In this document: positions 39,762-49,668 of the stretch, one piece after another
How positions within the stretch are numbered: the first letter of the stretch is position 1
How the letters are laid out: each line of letters starts with the position of its first letter
IMG/VR virus record: IMGVR_UViG_3300014720_000027
Span: 16,466 to 80,465 of that record
Strand: one strand, 5' to 3'
Source of the DNA: a virus
Lineage: Duplodnaviria; Heunggongvirae; Uroviricota; Caudoviricetes
Length of the DNA: 64,000 bases
Position numbers and translations under genes: made by a program
The notes under the pieces: generated by a model
What the model saw: the letters and a program-made list of their open reading frames with translations, nothing else
Told to the model about the DNA's origin: nothing
Databases searched by the model: none

Positions 39762-40171
39762 TTATCACAAATATACGAAGCTACAGCACTATCTCCAGCT
39801 ATAACTTTCATTTTTTGATTACAATTTTCACAGTTTTTATATACCGGGGTATATTTTGGTCTATTTCTAGGAGTTAATTTAACCTTTGGTGTTTTTTCTT
39901 GCTTGCTTTTAGCTTCAGTTCTATTGTCAGTAAATTTATTAACTCTATTTTTTACTTTGTTAACTGGTGTTTTTTTAGTTGCGGACTCTTCTTTTTTCAT
40001 TACAAAATCAGAATTATTTTTTGGCTCTGTTTTTTTAACAGTTTTTTTTGTGGCTTTTTTACTAGATTTTTTTTGCTGTTCGTCTATCAGGCTATTAGCC
40101 ATAGCAATTAATTCCTGATCGTTTAAAGCCATTCCCTTTTTTAATAATTCTTTTGCTATTTCTAAACTCAT
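39731..40171 (-). CDS. Highly basic Lys-rich protein with C-terminal zinc ribbon (putative DNA-binding)
   Basis: KK-rich low-complexity centre. C-terminal CENCNQK...CDNC. Confidence 0.45.
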   Translation of the reverse strand: MSLEIAKELLKKGMALNDQELIAMANSLIDEQQKKSSKKATKKTVKKTEPKNNSDFVMKKEESATKKTPVNKVKNRVNKFTDNRTEAKSKQEKTPKVKLTPRNRPKYTPVYKNCENCNQKMKVIAGDSAVASYICDNCILGRKRRG

Positions 40172-40665
40172 TGCTTCCTCTTTGATAATTCTAACATTAT
40201 ATCTGACATTCTTTTCATGTTCAATGCTTTATTCTCTAAAGATTGAAATCTTAGCGCCGATTCGTTTTTTAAGTCGTTTAATTTTGCTGCTAGTGGATTT
40301 TCTCTAATAGCAAGATTATATTTTTTTTCATATTTTACAAAGTTATCGCCATAGTTGTCTATTACTGGAGCAACCATATAATTAATACTATTGGCGGCAT
40401 ATTCAATAATAGCTTTTAATTTATTGCTGGACTGATTTATATAGTCAGAATATCCAGATAAAATAAATGAATTCGCTATTAAATCCTGCCCGGTCATTTC
40501 TTTTAATTCGTCATAGCTTAGATTTAATATTTCTTCGCATTTATCATGGTTGAATCTTGTTATATCTAGTTTGTTACTAGATATCCATTCTTCAATTTGC
40601 TTCATGAATTTTAACACATCATCTTGATTCAATTTGCTGTCTCCAAAATTCTTCTTTGTCGCCAT
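40168..40665 (-). CDS. Hypothetical protein (165 aa)
   Basis: ORF only. Confidence 0.4.
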   Translation of the reverse strand: MATKKNFGDSKLNQDDVLKFMKQIEEWISSNKLDITRFNHDKCEEILNLSYDELKEMTGQDLIANSFILSGYSDYINQSSNKLKAIIEYAANSINYMVAPVIDNYGDNFVKYEKKYNLAIRENPLAAKLNDLKNESALRFQSLENKALNMKRMSDIMLELSKRKQ

Positions 40666-41029
40666 GTTTAAAAATTAAGATACTGATATTATTTTGTTCG
40701 CACCATCTAATCTTATCATTGTCTCTTTTTTTAGACTTTAAAAAATCTAACTTTTTTTTGTGGAAAAAAGTAGAGTGAGTATAGTGCTGTTCTCCGTGAG
40801 CCTCTACTATTAAATTTCTGTTAGGTATATAAAAGTCCGCAGTTAGTTCTTTTTTCTTTTTCCAGTCTCGACTACCAACCAACTCTACTTCTTCCATAAT
40901 AACATCATAAGGGAAAACATCTCTTAGAAACTGTCGGACTTTATTGTGAAGTCCCGACTTATTCTCAAGAGCATTAGACCCTCTGGGCTTCCAATCGTAT
41001 TCTTGATCGTCTAAACCTATTATTTTCAT
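40619..41029 (-). CDS. Small Vsr/DUF559-like endonuclease (putative free-standing homing endonuclease)
   Basis: LIVEAHGEQHY matches the xIExDGxxH DUF559/Vsr-fold signature. Lies immediately upstream of the recA-like gene. Confidence 0.45.
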   Translation of the reverse strand: MKIIGLDDQEYDWKPRGSNALENKSGLHNKVRQFLRDVFPYDVIMEEVELVGSRDWKKKKELTADFYIPNRNLIVEAHGEQHYTHSTFFHKKKLDFLKSKKRDNDKIRWCEQNNISILIFKHGDKEEFWRQQIESR

Positions 41030-42120
41030 AGCATTAATTTAATTTCTTCAACCAAGGCGCTGTATACAGAGGGATGTTCCTTTAAAAAGAAATAGGCAGC
41101 AGGGCCACCGTTTACTCTACACTTCTTTAAAGCGTCTTCTGGTTCTTTATATGTATTATCTAAATTAAGCTCTATGTCATCTGGAAAAATAGAATTTAGA
41201 AGTTGTGGCTTGTTATATAAGAATGATATTGTCATCCACGCACCGGATTGAGTAATTAACCCACCCTCAAGGCCCATAATTAAAGCCTCCTGTACTTTGT
41301 CTACGCCTTGACCATATCGTATCCATGACTGACATTCTGCGCCCGGCGGACCCATAGAGGAGCATAAAACTTTCCAGTTGATAGCTTGTCCAATCTGTTC
41401 TTTATCTTGCTCCCAAGGCTGAACAGATTTTACTTCCATTCTGGTGTCTGCCTGATATTGTATTTTTACGCCACCATCGGCCATTTTAGAAGCTCCATAG
41501 CCACTAGTGTTTGTGATCATATGTGTGATCAAAATCATCAGAGCTTTTTGATTGGGAACGATTTGCCCCATTTTTTTAGTAAAGTCTGAAAGAATCTTTG
41601 GTAGGCCCGGTCTTGTCATACCATTAATTTCTTGCTCTAAATCTCTTTGTGGAATTAAAGAAGAAATTGAATCTATAATACAGACACATCCTTCATTTTC
41701 TTTGGCGGATACTAATTTTGCCGCAATGTCTAAAAATTCTTCAGCGCTTAATGGCTTTTCAAAGGCCCGGATTACTGTTACTTTTTCAGGATTTAATTCA
41801 GAAACCTCAAAATTCATTTCTTTTAATCGGCCTTCAACATCTAGATATATTATATGCCTATTTTCTTTTTGACAATTAGCCGCAATTTGCATTGCCACTG
41901 TGGTTTTTCCAGATTTAGCAGCGCCAGAAAGCATCACCCAACTCCCCTCTTTAATGCCGCCGCTTAACGCAACGTCAACAATAGGGCTGACAGAAATAAC
42001 TTTATAATCTTTTCTATTGTATAAAAGTTCTGTACCTGTTTTAATAACATCTCCATATTTTTTTGCAATTTCTGTTAATGTGTTTGTTGATTCTGTCTTA
42101 GCTATTTTTGTCTTCGCCAT
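41026..42120 (-). CDS. RecA-superfamily recombinase/ATPase (RadA/UvsX-like)
   Basis: LSGGIKEGSWVMLSGAAKSGKTTVAMQ (Walker A in RecA/RadB/KaiC style). HIIYLDVEGR follows. Confidence 0.6.
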   Translation of the reverse strand: MAKTKIAKTESTNTLTEIAKKYGDVIKTGTELLYNRKDYKVISVSPIVDVALSGGIKEGSWVMLSGAAKSGKTTVAMQIAANCQKENRHIIYLDVEGRLKEMNFEVSELNPEKVTVIRAFEKPLSAEEFLDIAAKLVSAKENEGCVCIIDSISSLIPQRDLEQEINGMTRPGLPKILSDFTKKMGQIVPNQKALMILITHMITNTSGYGASKMADGGVKIQYQADTRMEVKSVQPWEQDKEQIGQAINWKVLCSSMGPPGAECQSWIRYGQGVDKVQEALIMGLEGGLITQSGAWMTISFLYNKPQLLNSIFPDDIELNLDNTYKEPEDALKKCRVNGGPAAYFFLKEHPSVYSALVEEIKLML

Positions 42121-42574
42121 GTTTATTCTCCAGTTCTTTCAATTTTGAAAATATACTTTTCTTTTTTTCTACAAATACTTTTCTTGGTTTTTGTTCAACA
42201 TCTATTTTTTCTTTTGCTTCTTCTACAATTATTTTAGGAGGAACATACGTTTCAGCAAATTCTTTCACCATATCTTTTACAAATGGAGTTGGATTAAAAT
42301 ATCCCAAGGAATAAAGTCTTTGCCCATTTTTAGAGTTGATAAATGCTAAAACCACATCATCCCCGAATTCTGATACCAATTTTTGGACAGCCACTATTTG
42401 CGACTGATAAGCTTTTTTTTGAGATTTGTTCCAAAATTTAAAAGCTAGACTACCCTTGTTATCCCTCTCTGCTTTTCTTAAACACATTACCTCCGCTATG
42501 TATTGAGGCGCACTACACATCACTCCGCTGGAGGGCGATTTGAATACTTTCTCTTGTTTTTTTGGTTGATCCAT
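42098..42574 (-). CDS. Hypothetical protein (158 aa)
   Basis: ORF overlap-coupled to recA-like gene. Confidence 0.4.
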   Translation of the reverse strand: MDQPKKQEKVFKSPSSGVMCSAPQYIAEVMCLRKAERDNKGSLAFKFWNKSQKKAYQSQIVAVQKLVSEFGDDVVLAFINSKNGQRLYSLGYFNPTPFVKDMVKEFAETYVPPKIIVEEAKEKIDVEQKPRKVFVEKKKSIFSKLKELENKHGEDKNS

Positions 42575-43031
42575 TTTTAAATATCATCAATTTAGCGTTT
42601 TCTGGTGTTATCAATCTGGTTTGATTAAAAGGCTCAATAGAATTTTCTGGCCAACAAAATTTTCTTACTTCTATAATATCCTCATCGTCTCTTAAAAGTC
42701 CAACAATCAACTGTTTATACGAAGGACTTGTTTCTCCTGTTTCTATTTTTATATCCCTAGACGAGCCTCTTAAAATAAATAACCCGTCCAAACCATTTTT
42801 ACCCTCAAACATTACAGTATGAGGAGCGCCGAACATTAACGCTTCAACTTTTATAATACATTTATTATTGTCTTCGCAGTATTTTTTAAGTCTATGAAAC
42901 GGGGAATCAGTAGTTGTAGGTCTTTCATAATCAGAATAAGCTTTTGTGCCATCATCTAAAGTTGCCACCCATAACATTTCTAAGTTTCTGATTAAAGTCT
43001 TTATATAGCTGTCTATTTGTGTGCATATCAT
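42513..43031 (-). CDS. Hypothetical protein (172 aa)
   Basis: ORF only. Confidence 0.4.
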   Translation of the reverse strand: MICTQIDSYIKTLIRNLEMLWVATLDDGTKAYSDYERPTTTDSPFHRLKKYCEDNNKCIIKVEALMFGAPHTVMFEGKNGLDGLFILRGSSRDIKIETGETSPSYKQLIVGLLRDDEDIIEVRKFCWPENSIEPFNQTRLITPENAKLMIFKNGSTKKTRESIQIALQRSDV

Positions 43032-43354
43032 TGTTGTTCTGGATTTATGATAAAAATATAATTCGAGCTTCTTTTACTGCCTGTTGGTTTTTTTCTTTTT
43101 TCGTCGGAAATCATAGATGCTGTAGGAGTCATAATGACAGCACCATATTTCTTGTTTCTTGCTAGAGAGGCAGAAATGGGAGTTTCTGGTTTTGGTTCCT
43201 TAATCACCTCTTCAATTTTAGGATTAATAGATTCTAAAAAAACTTGTATAGATTCTTCTGTTCTATTTAATTTCTTTGATAAAAATTTAAGTGTCCTGTT
43301 TTTGTTTTTAATTAAAAAATCTTTGTCTGAATTAGACATTGGCCCGCGTTTCAT
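43028..43354 (-). CDS. Hypothetical protein (108 aa)
   Basis: ORF only. Confidence 0.3.
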   Translation of the reverse strand: MKRGPMSNSDKDFLIKNKNRTLKFLSKKLNRTEESIQVFLESINPKIEEVIKEPKPETPISASLARNKKYGAVIMTPTASMISDEKRKKPTGSKRSSNYIFIINPEQQ

Positions 43355-43641
43355 GATCTTTGTTCCTTTATTGCTGATCTTTGCGCTTGAATAAAATAAA
43401 GTTTGTTTTTGCTTTTCAGGTATTTAAAAAATAAATTAAAAGTATTTTCATCAACCAGTCTCAATTTACACAAATCTTTATCCCCCCTTTTTAAGATATA
43501 GGGCCCATAAGGATCGTGTATCCCACCTTTCCAAAATATAACAAAATAATGGGTTTTTTGCTCATGTATTATTTTTTTGGCTAAAGCACTAGTTTCCTCT
43601 ACTTCTTGTCCTCCTAAACCATAAAAAACTTCATTCTTCAT
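43351..43641 (-). CDS. Hypothetical protein (96 aa)
   Basis: ORF only. Confidence 0.3.
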   Translation of the reverse strand: MKNEVFYGLGGQEVEETSALAKKIIHEQKTHYFVIFWKGGIHDPYGPYILKRGDKDLCKLRLVDENTFNLFFKYLKSKNKLYFIQAQRSAIKEQRS

Positions 43642-43843
43642 ACTTTAAATTCTCCAGTGTCTCTTTAATTTTTTTGACACAATTTTCTAAATTATATCCA
43701 GAAATATTGAAAACAGCTTTATCTTTAATTCCAAATTTTTCTAGTTCATTATTTGCTACTGGTTCTGGAACAATGCTTCCATCTTGAGACATTGGAAAAA
43801 TCTGTATTTGGAAACGTATTTGAGCATGATGCGGCTTATCCAT
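43631..43843 (-). CDS. Hypothetical protein (70 aa)
   Basis: ORF only. Confidence 0.3.
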   Translation of the reverse strand: MDKPHHAQIRFQIQIFPMSQDGSIVPEPVANNELEKFGIKDKAVFNISGYNLENCVKKIKETLENLKYEE

Positions 43844-44186
43844 TGATTATCCATTTTTCTTTTTGTTCAGGAGTCATCTTATTTATTTTACGAAACAAAT
43901 CTTGTTTTTCTTTTTTTTGCTTATCAACAACCGTGTTGTCTTGCTTCATTTTTTCTTCTAAGCCATATTTGCCAAGTTTTTTTGTATTGGACTCAGCCAA
44001 TTGCCCTATTGTTTTTATTTCTTTAACTGCTGTATGTATATTGTCTACATCGTAAGCTCTGTGAACTTTTTTACTTCCGCATTGATGGCATTTGCTTTTT
44101 TTTATTTTGTCATCGTATTCTGATATATACCAATATTCTACAGAATACGTTTCGCATTTTTCGCAAATAAAATGATATTCTGGCAT
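43836..44186 (-). CDS. FmdB-like zinc-ribbon protein
   Basis: FICEKCETY ... CHQCGSK CxxC-CxxC arrangement as in the FmdB family. Confidence 0.45.
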   Translation of the reverse strand: MPEYHFICEKCETYSVEYWYISEYDDKIKKSKCHQCGSKKVHRAYDVDNIHTAVKEIKTIGQLAESNTKKLGKYGLEEKMKQDNTVVDKQKKEKQDLFRKINKMTPEQKEKWIING

Positions 44187-44863
44187 TAGTCTTTTAACCT
44201 ATCTAAAATTTTGTGAATAATGCTATTACGCACTATATCCGATCCATCCAAATAACAAATTGCAACACCTTTTAAATTAGTTAATTTGTTTACAAATTTG
44301 TCTAATCCACCTTTTGTATATTCTGGTAGATCGCTTTGGTCAGTATCTCCATTGATAATAACTTTTGAATTCATACCAATACGAGTAATAAACATTTTTA
44401 TTTGTTCAAAAGTGCAATTTTGAGCTTCGTCTAATATCATAAAAGCGTTGTGAAAATTTCGACCTCTCATATATTCTAATGGACAAATCTCGATAATATT
44501 CGAAGCTTTCAGATGCATTAAAGCATCTCCTAGATATTGTTTCATTTCTTCTAATATTGGAATCATATATGGATTAATTTTCTCTAACATAGTACCGGGC
44601 AAAAATCCCAAACCTTTTCCCGATTCAATCACTGGTCTGGTAATAATAATTTTGGACACATCATTTCTAATTAAGGCTTCACACGCTAATCCGGTTGCTA
44701 TACAACTTTTTCCACTGCCAGCCGGGCCTATACATAGAGTAATATCATTTTCAATAACATTTCGTATATATTCGGCCTGATTTTTAGTTTTAGGGATTAA
44801 AGTTTTTTTATCTTGTCGCATAAACTCTTTTTTAGGAGCGGCTTCAGATCTTTTTTTTCTCAT
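44186..44863 (-). CDS. phoH: PhoH-like ATPase
   Basis: Walker A CIGPAGSGKSCIA, ITRP, DEAQN and GDxxQ motifs colinear with PhoH. Confidence 0.85.
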   Translation of the reverse strand: MRKKRSEAAPKKEFMRQDKKTLIPKTKNQAEYIRNVIENDITLCIGPAGSGKSCIATGLACEALIRNDVSKIIITRPVIESGKGLGFLPGTMLEKINPYMIPILEEMKQYLGDALMHLKASNIIEICPLEYMRGRNFHNAFMILDEAQNCTFEQIKMFITRIGMNSKVIINGDTDQSDLPEYTKGGLDKFVNKLTNLKGVAICYLDGSDIVRNSIIHKILDRLKD

Positions 44864-44875
44864 GTTGGAAAACCT

Positions 44876-46069
44876 CTAATATTTTTCGCTAGCTTGTTCA
44901 AATAATGATGGATTTAGCGAAGAATCACTAGCCTGTATTTGTGTATATGTCAAAAAATCATTATTAGCGTTTGAATAGCTTACTTCGTATTCTACTATGC
45001 TGCCATCGGCATTTCCTCCTGTTTGGTTAAATGATGTTAGTTTATTTTTATTTCCAAGATTCCATATAAAAAATTTAATATTACCATCTCCCGTTGGTAT
45101 TCCCGCTACAATACAAATTCTTTGATTATTATTAGAGTTTAAAAACGCGCTATTTACAGGATCAATATTAACTTGCGGTAATCGCCGCGCGGTAATGGTA
45201 AATGAGCATGTTACTTGTATTGGCAAAGCCACGCTTTTATGCCAATTAACCTTTTCTCCCTGTTGTATATCTCCAATAATAGAAGACTCTAAATACTCTA
45301 GAGATAATTCTATTTGTATATTTCTAATACCAAATATTTCTTGCCCATTATAAAAATTATTAAAATCAGTTAAGGCTGTAATAGAGCTTGGAAAAACAGA
45401 TAGATTATTATATACTTGCCCCCTTTTTAATAATTTAGGAGTTGTAATCGGATTATCGAGCCCAGTAATAGTATCTAATTGAAAATTATTAGAAGCTATT
45501 TTTTGTCTGGTCTTGTTAGACAAAGATATTGTTTCTGAAAATATGCCCTCTGTTGATAACTCGTATGATAAGGATGTTAATAAACAGTTGGGCAAACTTA
45601 TCACATCTTGCGCAGTCCCAGAATTGCCAACTAGCCCATTTAACAAGTCTGTTTCATCCGTTGCCAGTAAAGTAAAATTATATTCTGGAATATTTTTAGC
45701 TTTGACAGTGTTAGCATCGGCAAGTTCCCAACCGCTTAATTTTAAACCAAAGATTTCTGGTTTAAGAAAAAATGTATTTCCGTAGTTTAAAATGTTTCTG
45801 TCTGTGGAATATAAATAATTAGAACTTAATTCCGACCAAAATATATCTTTATTTGACAAATATCTCTCGATATTAATCTCATTAGATGGCGGAATTCTTA
45901 ACATATCATAATTCTGAGTTTTACCAATATTTTGGATATTGATAGTTTCTATGGAAGAATTTATCCCGACAGACTGAACGCCTGATAAAAAATAATTGGT
46001 TATCGCACTATTTTTAGTAATGCTGTTTAATATTAAAGCCAATGAGCCAAAAAAAATTCTATTCGCCAT
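44876..46069 (-). CDS. Hypothetical protein (397 aa), possibly virion structural
   Basis: Asn/Ser/Thr-rich beta-strand-like composition. Translationally coupled (TAATG) to the RNR gene. Confidence 0.45.
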   Translation of the reverse strand: MANRIFFGSLALILNSITKNSAITNYFLSGVQSVGINSSIETINIQNIGKTQNYDMLRIPPSNEINIERYLSNKDIFWSELSSNYLYSTDRNILNYGNTFFLKPEIFGLKLSGWELADANTVKAKNIPEYNFTLLATDETDLLNGLVGNSGTAQDVISLPNCLLTSLSYELSTEGIFSETISLSNKTRQKIASNNFQLDTITGLDNPITTPKLLKRGQVYNNLSVFPSSITALTDFNNFYNGQEIFGIRNIQIELSLEYLESSIIGDIQQGEKVNWHKSVALPIQVTCSFTITARRLPQVNIDPVNSAFLNSNNNQRICIVAGIPTGDGNIKFFIWNLGNKNKLTSFNQTGGNADGSIVEYEVSYSNANNDFLTYTQIQASDSSLNPSLFEQASEKY

Positions 46070-48273
46070 TATGTTTCACAGGCTCCGCCAGCACAGCTTA
46101 ATTCTTCTTGTAGCTTTGTATTATCTTCGTTTTCTATGAGCAATGTATAATCCACATCTTTATACTCCCTCTGAAGCTCTGTCCATAACTTATAGTTATA
46201 CACATCTTTCATTGCGTATGTCAATTTCTTAATATCTCCATCGAAATAATTGACTGCATACTTAGAGCATCTTTTTACCCAGTCTATTTTTGAACTTCCT
46301 TTAATTTTATTCCCTGTTCCTAGTAAATCTGAGCACGCCCCCCATAAATTATCCTCCCATAAAACTAAGGCTGTTTCAATTAATCCACTTACAAACATTA
46401 CGCCTTCACCGTAATACGAAAGCATTTCACTCGGTAAATATACTGTAGTAAACGGAGCTTGTGGATAATCTTTATCTCCAGTAGCCGAAAGAAGGCTCAC
46501 CCCACAGAAAAATTCCCTATTAGAATAAATAAAATCCGCAACCTGTTCCCATTCATCATTTTGAATATTTATTGTATTGCTTACATTATGCGTTAGCCAA
46601 GGCTGTGTACAAAGATCGGGATTTTTTCCCCTCATTACCCAATTTTGTTGAGTAGATTTGACAATTTCTAATAAACTAATTGCCGTAGTTTGATTTTTAG
46701 TCTTAGAACCGTCTGGAACTTCGACACAAAAACTAATCACATCATCTGTATCATTAGCTGACCATACAGAGGATTCACATGCTCTTGTATTAATCTTTTT
46801 AAATAATCTATATACATTTTCCATCTTATTAGCTTGAACTCGTCTAATATAACGTTTTGCGTGATGTGGATGGATGCCACTGGCAGTCCCTAAAACACAT
46901 GAAGACGAACCTTCCGGCTTCACGCATGTTGTTCTAGCGGCAGGATTAATACCTATCAATGTGGCAATTTTTTTATTAGCCGATTTTACAATTTCTGCTC
47001 CATTACGCTGAACTTTTGGATTTAAACAAATTTCAGGTTTTTCTAACCAGCCTGTGCCACTAACACCCAATAAAGCTTCTCTCTTAAAAATACGTTCGGA
47101 TACTTCTCCTAAATATGGAAAACTAGTAAAACCCGCTTGTAGCGTTCCAATAATAGCCGCCGCCTTACAAGCTTCATAAAAATCTTCTTCCGTTTTAACC
47201 TTAGAGCAATTGATAGTAGAAAGGTTGCACGCTTGCCAGCCTGAAAGTCCAGTTTCAATATCTATAGCATAAAACCCTATTTCCACACATGGATTAACTA
47301 ATAATTCAAGAGAATCTGACCATATAAAGCCGGGCTCTCCGAATTCTTTAACAGACTCTATCAGCTTATCAAATTGCTCTTTGGTTGTTTTATCTCTCAA
47401 TAATAAGGCTGAATTGTTTGAGCGACCCCTTTGCGGATTTTCAACAAACCAGTTGCCAGTTTTTGCAGTAACCATCTCATTATCGTCTGCTGAAAATATG
47501 CAAATAGTTGCCGATCTTCTTACTCCTCCGGAAATAACAGCATCGCTAGCGTGCATGATAATATCATATGCCTCAACAGGCTTTAATCGTCTTAAACTTT
47601 CAGACGAAAACTCATTTCTTGCAATAGCAGCGTCTAAGATTTTTTTGATATTTTTAAGAGCTTTTTTTAAAGGCTCCGGACCCGGTGCTTTTCCTACCCC
47701 TCCTGCTACCGGCGATCCAGCCGCTCTAATATTGGTATAATCAAAGACTACATTATACCCAGTATATTCTGGAAATAAATCTTGTTGATCAAAATAAGAT
47801 GATATTAAAACACCAACAGCATCAGACCACCCTTCTATACTGTCTTCAATAATAAATTTTTTGTTTTGTTCTGGAGCTACCGACGACAGAGGAGGAAGTT
47901 TTGCTATGTGGTGCTTCTGGACAGAAAACCCTGTTCCGCATCCGCACAGAAGCAGATACATACATTCTTGAAAAAATCTTAGACGGTCTACATACGAAGA
48001 AGTACAATTGAACATTCTGGAATTATGAGAAAATATTGGATCTCCACCAAACTGTAATGCTCTTTGAGACCCTAGCACTTTTTTCTTGTGCATCATGTCA
48101 TACGCCCAGTCGATCTCTTCGTGTAATTCTTCTGGGGCGTTTTGATATTGTCGATGCATCATATTTCTAACTCTATCATTTGCCTCTTTCCAAGTTTCTC
48201 TACGCTTTTCATTTGGTAGATACCGGGCGTATTTAGAAGTAAATGTATAGTCCATTAGAGATTTTAGGCTCAT
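46069..48273 (-). CDS. nrdJ: Class II (adenosylcobalamin-dependent) ribonucleotide reductase, monomeric NrdJ/RTPR type
   Basis: 734 aa. N-terminal MSLKSLMDYTFTSKYARY...RETWKEANDRV typical of NrdJ. Cys-containing active-site segments (NPCVEIG). Confidence 0.8.
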   Translation of the reverse strand: MSLKSLMDYTFTSKYARYLPNEKRRETWKEANDRVRNMMHRQYQNAPEELHEEIDWAYDMMHKKKVLGSQRALQFGGDPIFSHNSRMFNCTSSYVDRLRFFQECMYLLLCGCGTGFSVQKHHIAKLPPLSSVAPEQNKKFIIEDSIEGWSDAVGVLISSYFDQQDLFPEYTGYNVVFDYTNIRAAGSPVAGGVGKAPGPEPLKKALKNIKKILDAAIARNEFSSESLRRLKPVEAYDIIMHASDAVISGGVRRSATICIFSADDNEMVTAKTGNWFVENPQRGRSNNSALLLRDKTTKEQFDKLIESVKEFGEPGFIWSDSLELLVNPCVEIGFYAIDIETGLSGWQACNLSTINCSKVKTEEDFYEACKAAAIIGTLQAGFTSFPYLGEVSERIFKREALLGVSGTGWLEKPEICLNPKVQRNGAEIVKSANKKIATLIGINPAARTTCVKPEGSSSCVLGTASGIHPHHAKRYIRRVQANKMENVYRLFKKINTRACESSVWSANDTDDVISFCVEVPDGSKTKNQTTAISLLEIVKSTQQNWVMRGKNPDLCTQPWLTHNVSNTINIQNDEWEQVADFIYSNREFFCGVSLLSATGDKDYPQAPFTTVYLPSEMLSYYGEGVMFVSGLIETALVLWEDNLWGACSDLLGTGNKIKGSSKIDWVKRCSKYAVNYFDGDIKKLTYAMKDVYNYKLWTELQREYKDVDYTLLIENEDNTKLQEELSCAGGACET

Positions 48274-48296
48274 AGTTGCTCCTGTAGGGGTAAAGA

Positions 48297-48322
48297 AAAA
48301 GCGCCCACGAATGAGCGCTTTT
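48297..48322 (-). promoter_or_regulatory. Stable hairpin (terminator-like) immediately upstream of nrdJ
   Basis: AAAAGCGC-(10 nt loop)-GCGCTTTT perfect 8-bp stem followed by TCTTT on the - strand, between the 61-aa ORF and the nrdJ start. Could be a terminator or a regulatory structure. Confidence 0.35.
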
Positions 48323-48343
48323 ATTAAGATAATTATATTATAA

Positions 48344-48529
48344 TTATTTCTTGATAATAACTTTTACGCGATCATTAATGCTAACAGTGACTTCTTCATC
48401 TGTCACTTCTATAGTATCAAGTATATACTTGATTTTATCAACATGTTCTCTGGAAAAACCTAACATTGATAATAATTTATCCATCATGGTGTCCATCATG
48501 CCGCCATAGTTTTCTTCTTTTTTATTCAT
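48344..48529 (-). CDS. Small hypothetical protein (61 aa)
   Basis: ORF only. Confidence 0.3.
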   Translation of the reverse strand: MNKKEENYGGMMDTMMDKLLSMLGFSREHVDKIKYILDTIEVTDEEVTVSINDRVKVIIKK

Positions 48530-48821
48530 GTTCTTTATCTATCTTTTGAATTAAGTAAGTTACGTTTTGATTCACATGATCTAAAATAGCATTGTTTTTT
48601 GCTATGTTTAAATGAACTGTTTCTAATTTATTTTCAAAGGTAATAATTTTACTTTCTAACGATTGCAATCTGGTTGAAACTGAATCATTTACTTTTTGTT
48701 CTAATAAAGACAACTTATTTGCATGATTCATAACTGTTTTTAAAAGCCAAATTGTAAATGGAATTAGAACAACAGCAGCTATTTTCAGTATAAAGTTTAT
48801 TAACTCCCAATCCCAAGTCAT
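48522..48821 (-). CDS. Small membrane / coiled-coil protein (99 aa)
   Basis: N-terminal TM segment ILKIAAVVLIPFTIWLL followed by coiled-coil-like sequence. Confidence 0.35.
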   Translation of the reverse strand: MTWDWELINFILKIAAVVLIPFTIWLLKTVMNHANKLSLLEQKVNDSVSTRLQSLESKIITFENKLETVHLNIAKNNAILDHVNQNVTYLIQKIDKEHE

Positions 48822-48882
48822 GGCTTATACCTCCATAAAAAGGGGGCAATTTCTTGCCCCCAAGAGTAAATATTGACTCAGA

Positions 48883-49584
48883 TTACATACCAGTAATTGG
48901 TTTATAATCAAAGAAGTCGCCGCCGCTTAGACTTGGCTTCAAAGTCACGAAGTCAACCTTCATAACAAATTCGCCCGGAACTGCTCTGGTCGGAGTCGCT
49001 GCACTATCAACTGCTTTATCGGTTGTATTTTGGTCCGTTAAGTCAAACATATTGACATTTGAAAGTGTGGATGGTGCCGATCCACCAATTGTATTTCGGC
49101 TACCGCTGGTAAGCCACAATCTGCGAGATTTGATCTTGTTGCCATTGTCTAGATTGCCAGTCCATGTAAATAGATTAGCTCTCCAAGCTGTTAACAATCT
49201 TGCTCCAAAATCATGCACAAAATCCAAAATAGGCTTGCGTTTTGCTCCTTGGCCCATAAATAGTAGGTTTGTCTTAGATACACCAGCCAAGGTTGTTGCA
49301 ATTCTGGAAATAACCCAAGTTCTATTTTTAGCCGCATTATAAGCAAATGCGCCGCCAGAAAGAATTTTTTTGGTGTTATAAATATGTGTTCCAGAGCTAA
49401 ATTCTTTAGGCTCTGCATTATAACCAAAAAGATTATTATCTTCTAGCGCATCTACAAGACTAAAGGATTTGGTAATAACAGCGTTTGTGGTAGAATTACC
49501 TAAAATAACGCCGCCAAAAGTCTGCTTAATAAAAGTTCCATTTGCTGTGGTCCTTAGATGACCTTTTTTGCCCGGTACTGCCAT
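48883..49584 (-). CDS. Hypothetical protein (233 aa), possibly structural
   Basis: Higher-GC ORF. ATATAAATTT promoter-like sequence and GGAG RBS upstream. Confidence 0.45.
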   Translation of the reverse strand: MAVPGKKGHLRTTANGTFIKQTFGGVILGNSTTNAVITKSFSLVDALEDNNLFGYNAEPKEFSSGTHIYNTKKILSGGAFAYNAAKNRTWVISRIATTLAGVSKTNLLFMGQGAKRKPILDFVHDFGARLLTAWRANLFTWTGNLDNGNKIKSRRLWLTSGSRNTIGGSAPSTLSNVNMFDLTDQNTTDKAVDSAATPTRAVPGEFVMKVDFVTLKPSLSGGDFFDYKPITGM

Positions 49585-49668
49585 TTGAATATCTCCAATT
49601 AGATATTGTCTATCCTGTAGCGTCCTAAAAATTTATATCCTGATTATCCCTAATTAAATACACAATAC

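Noticed and set aside
39899-40118. Two + strand ORFs (70 and 71 aa) rich in Phe/Leu
   Set aside because: They are antisense translations of the poly-A/Lys-rich region of the - strand basic protein gene (39731-40171). This is a low-complexity artefact.
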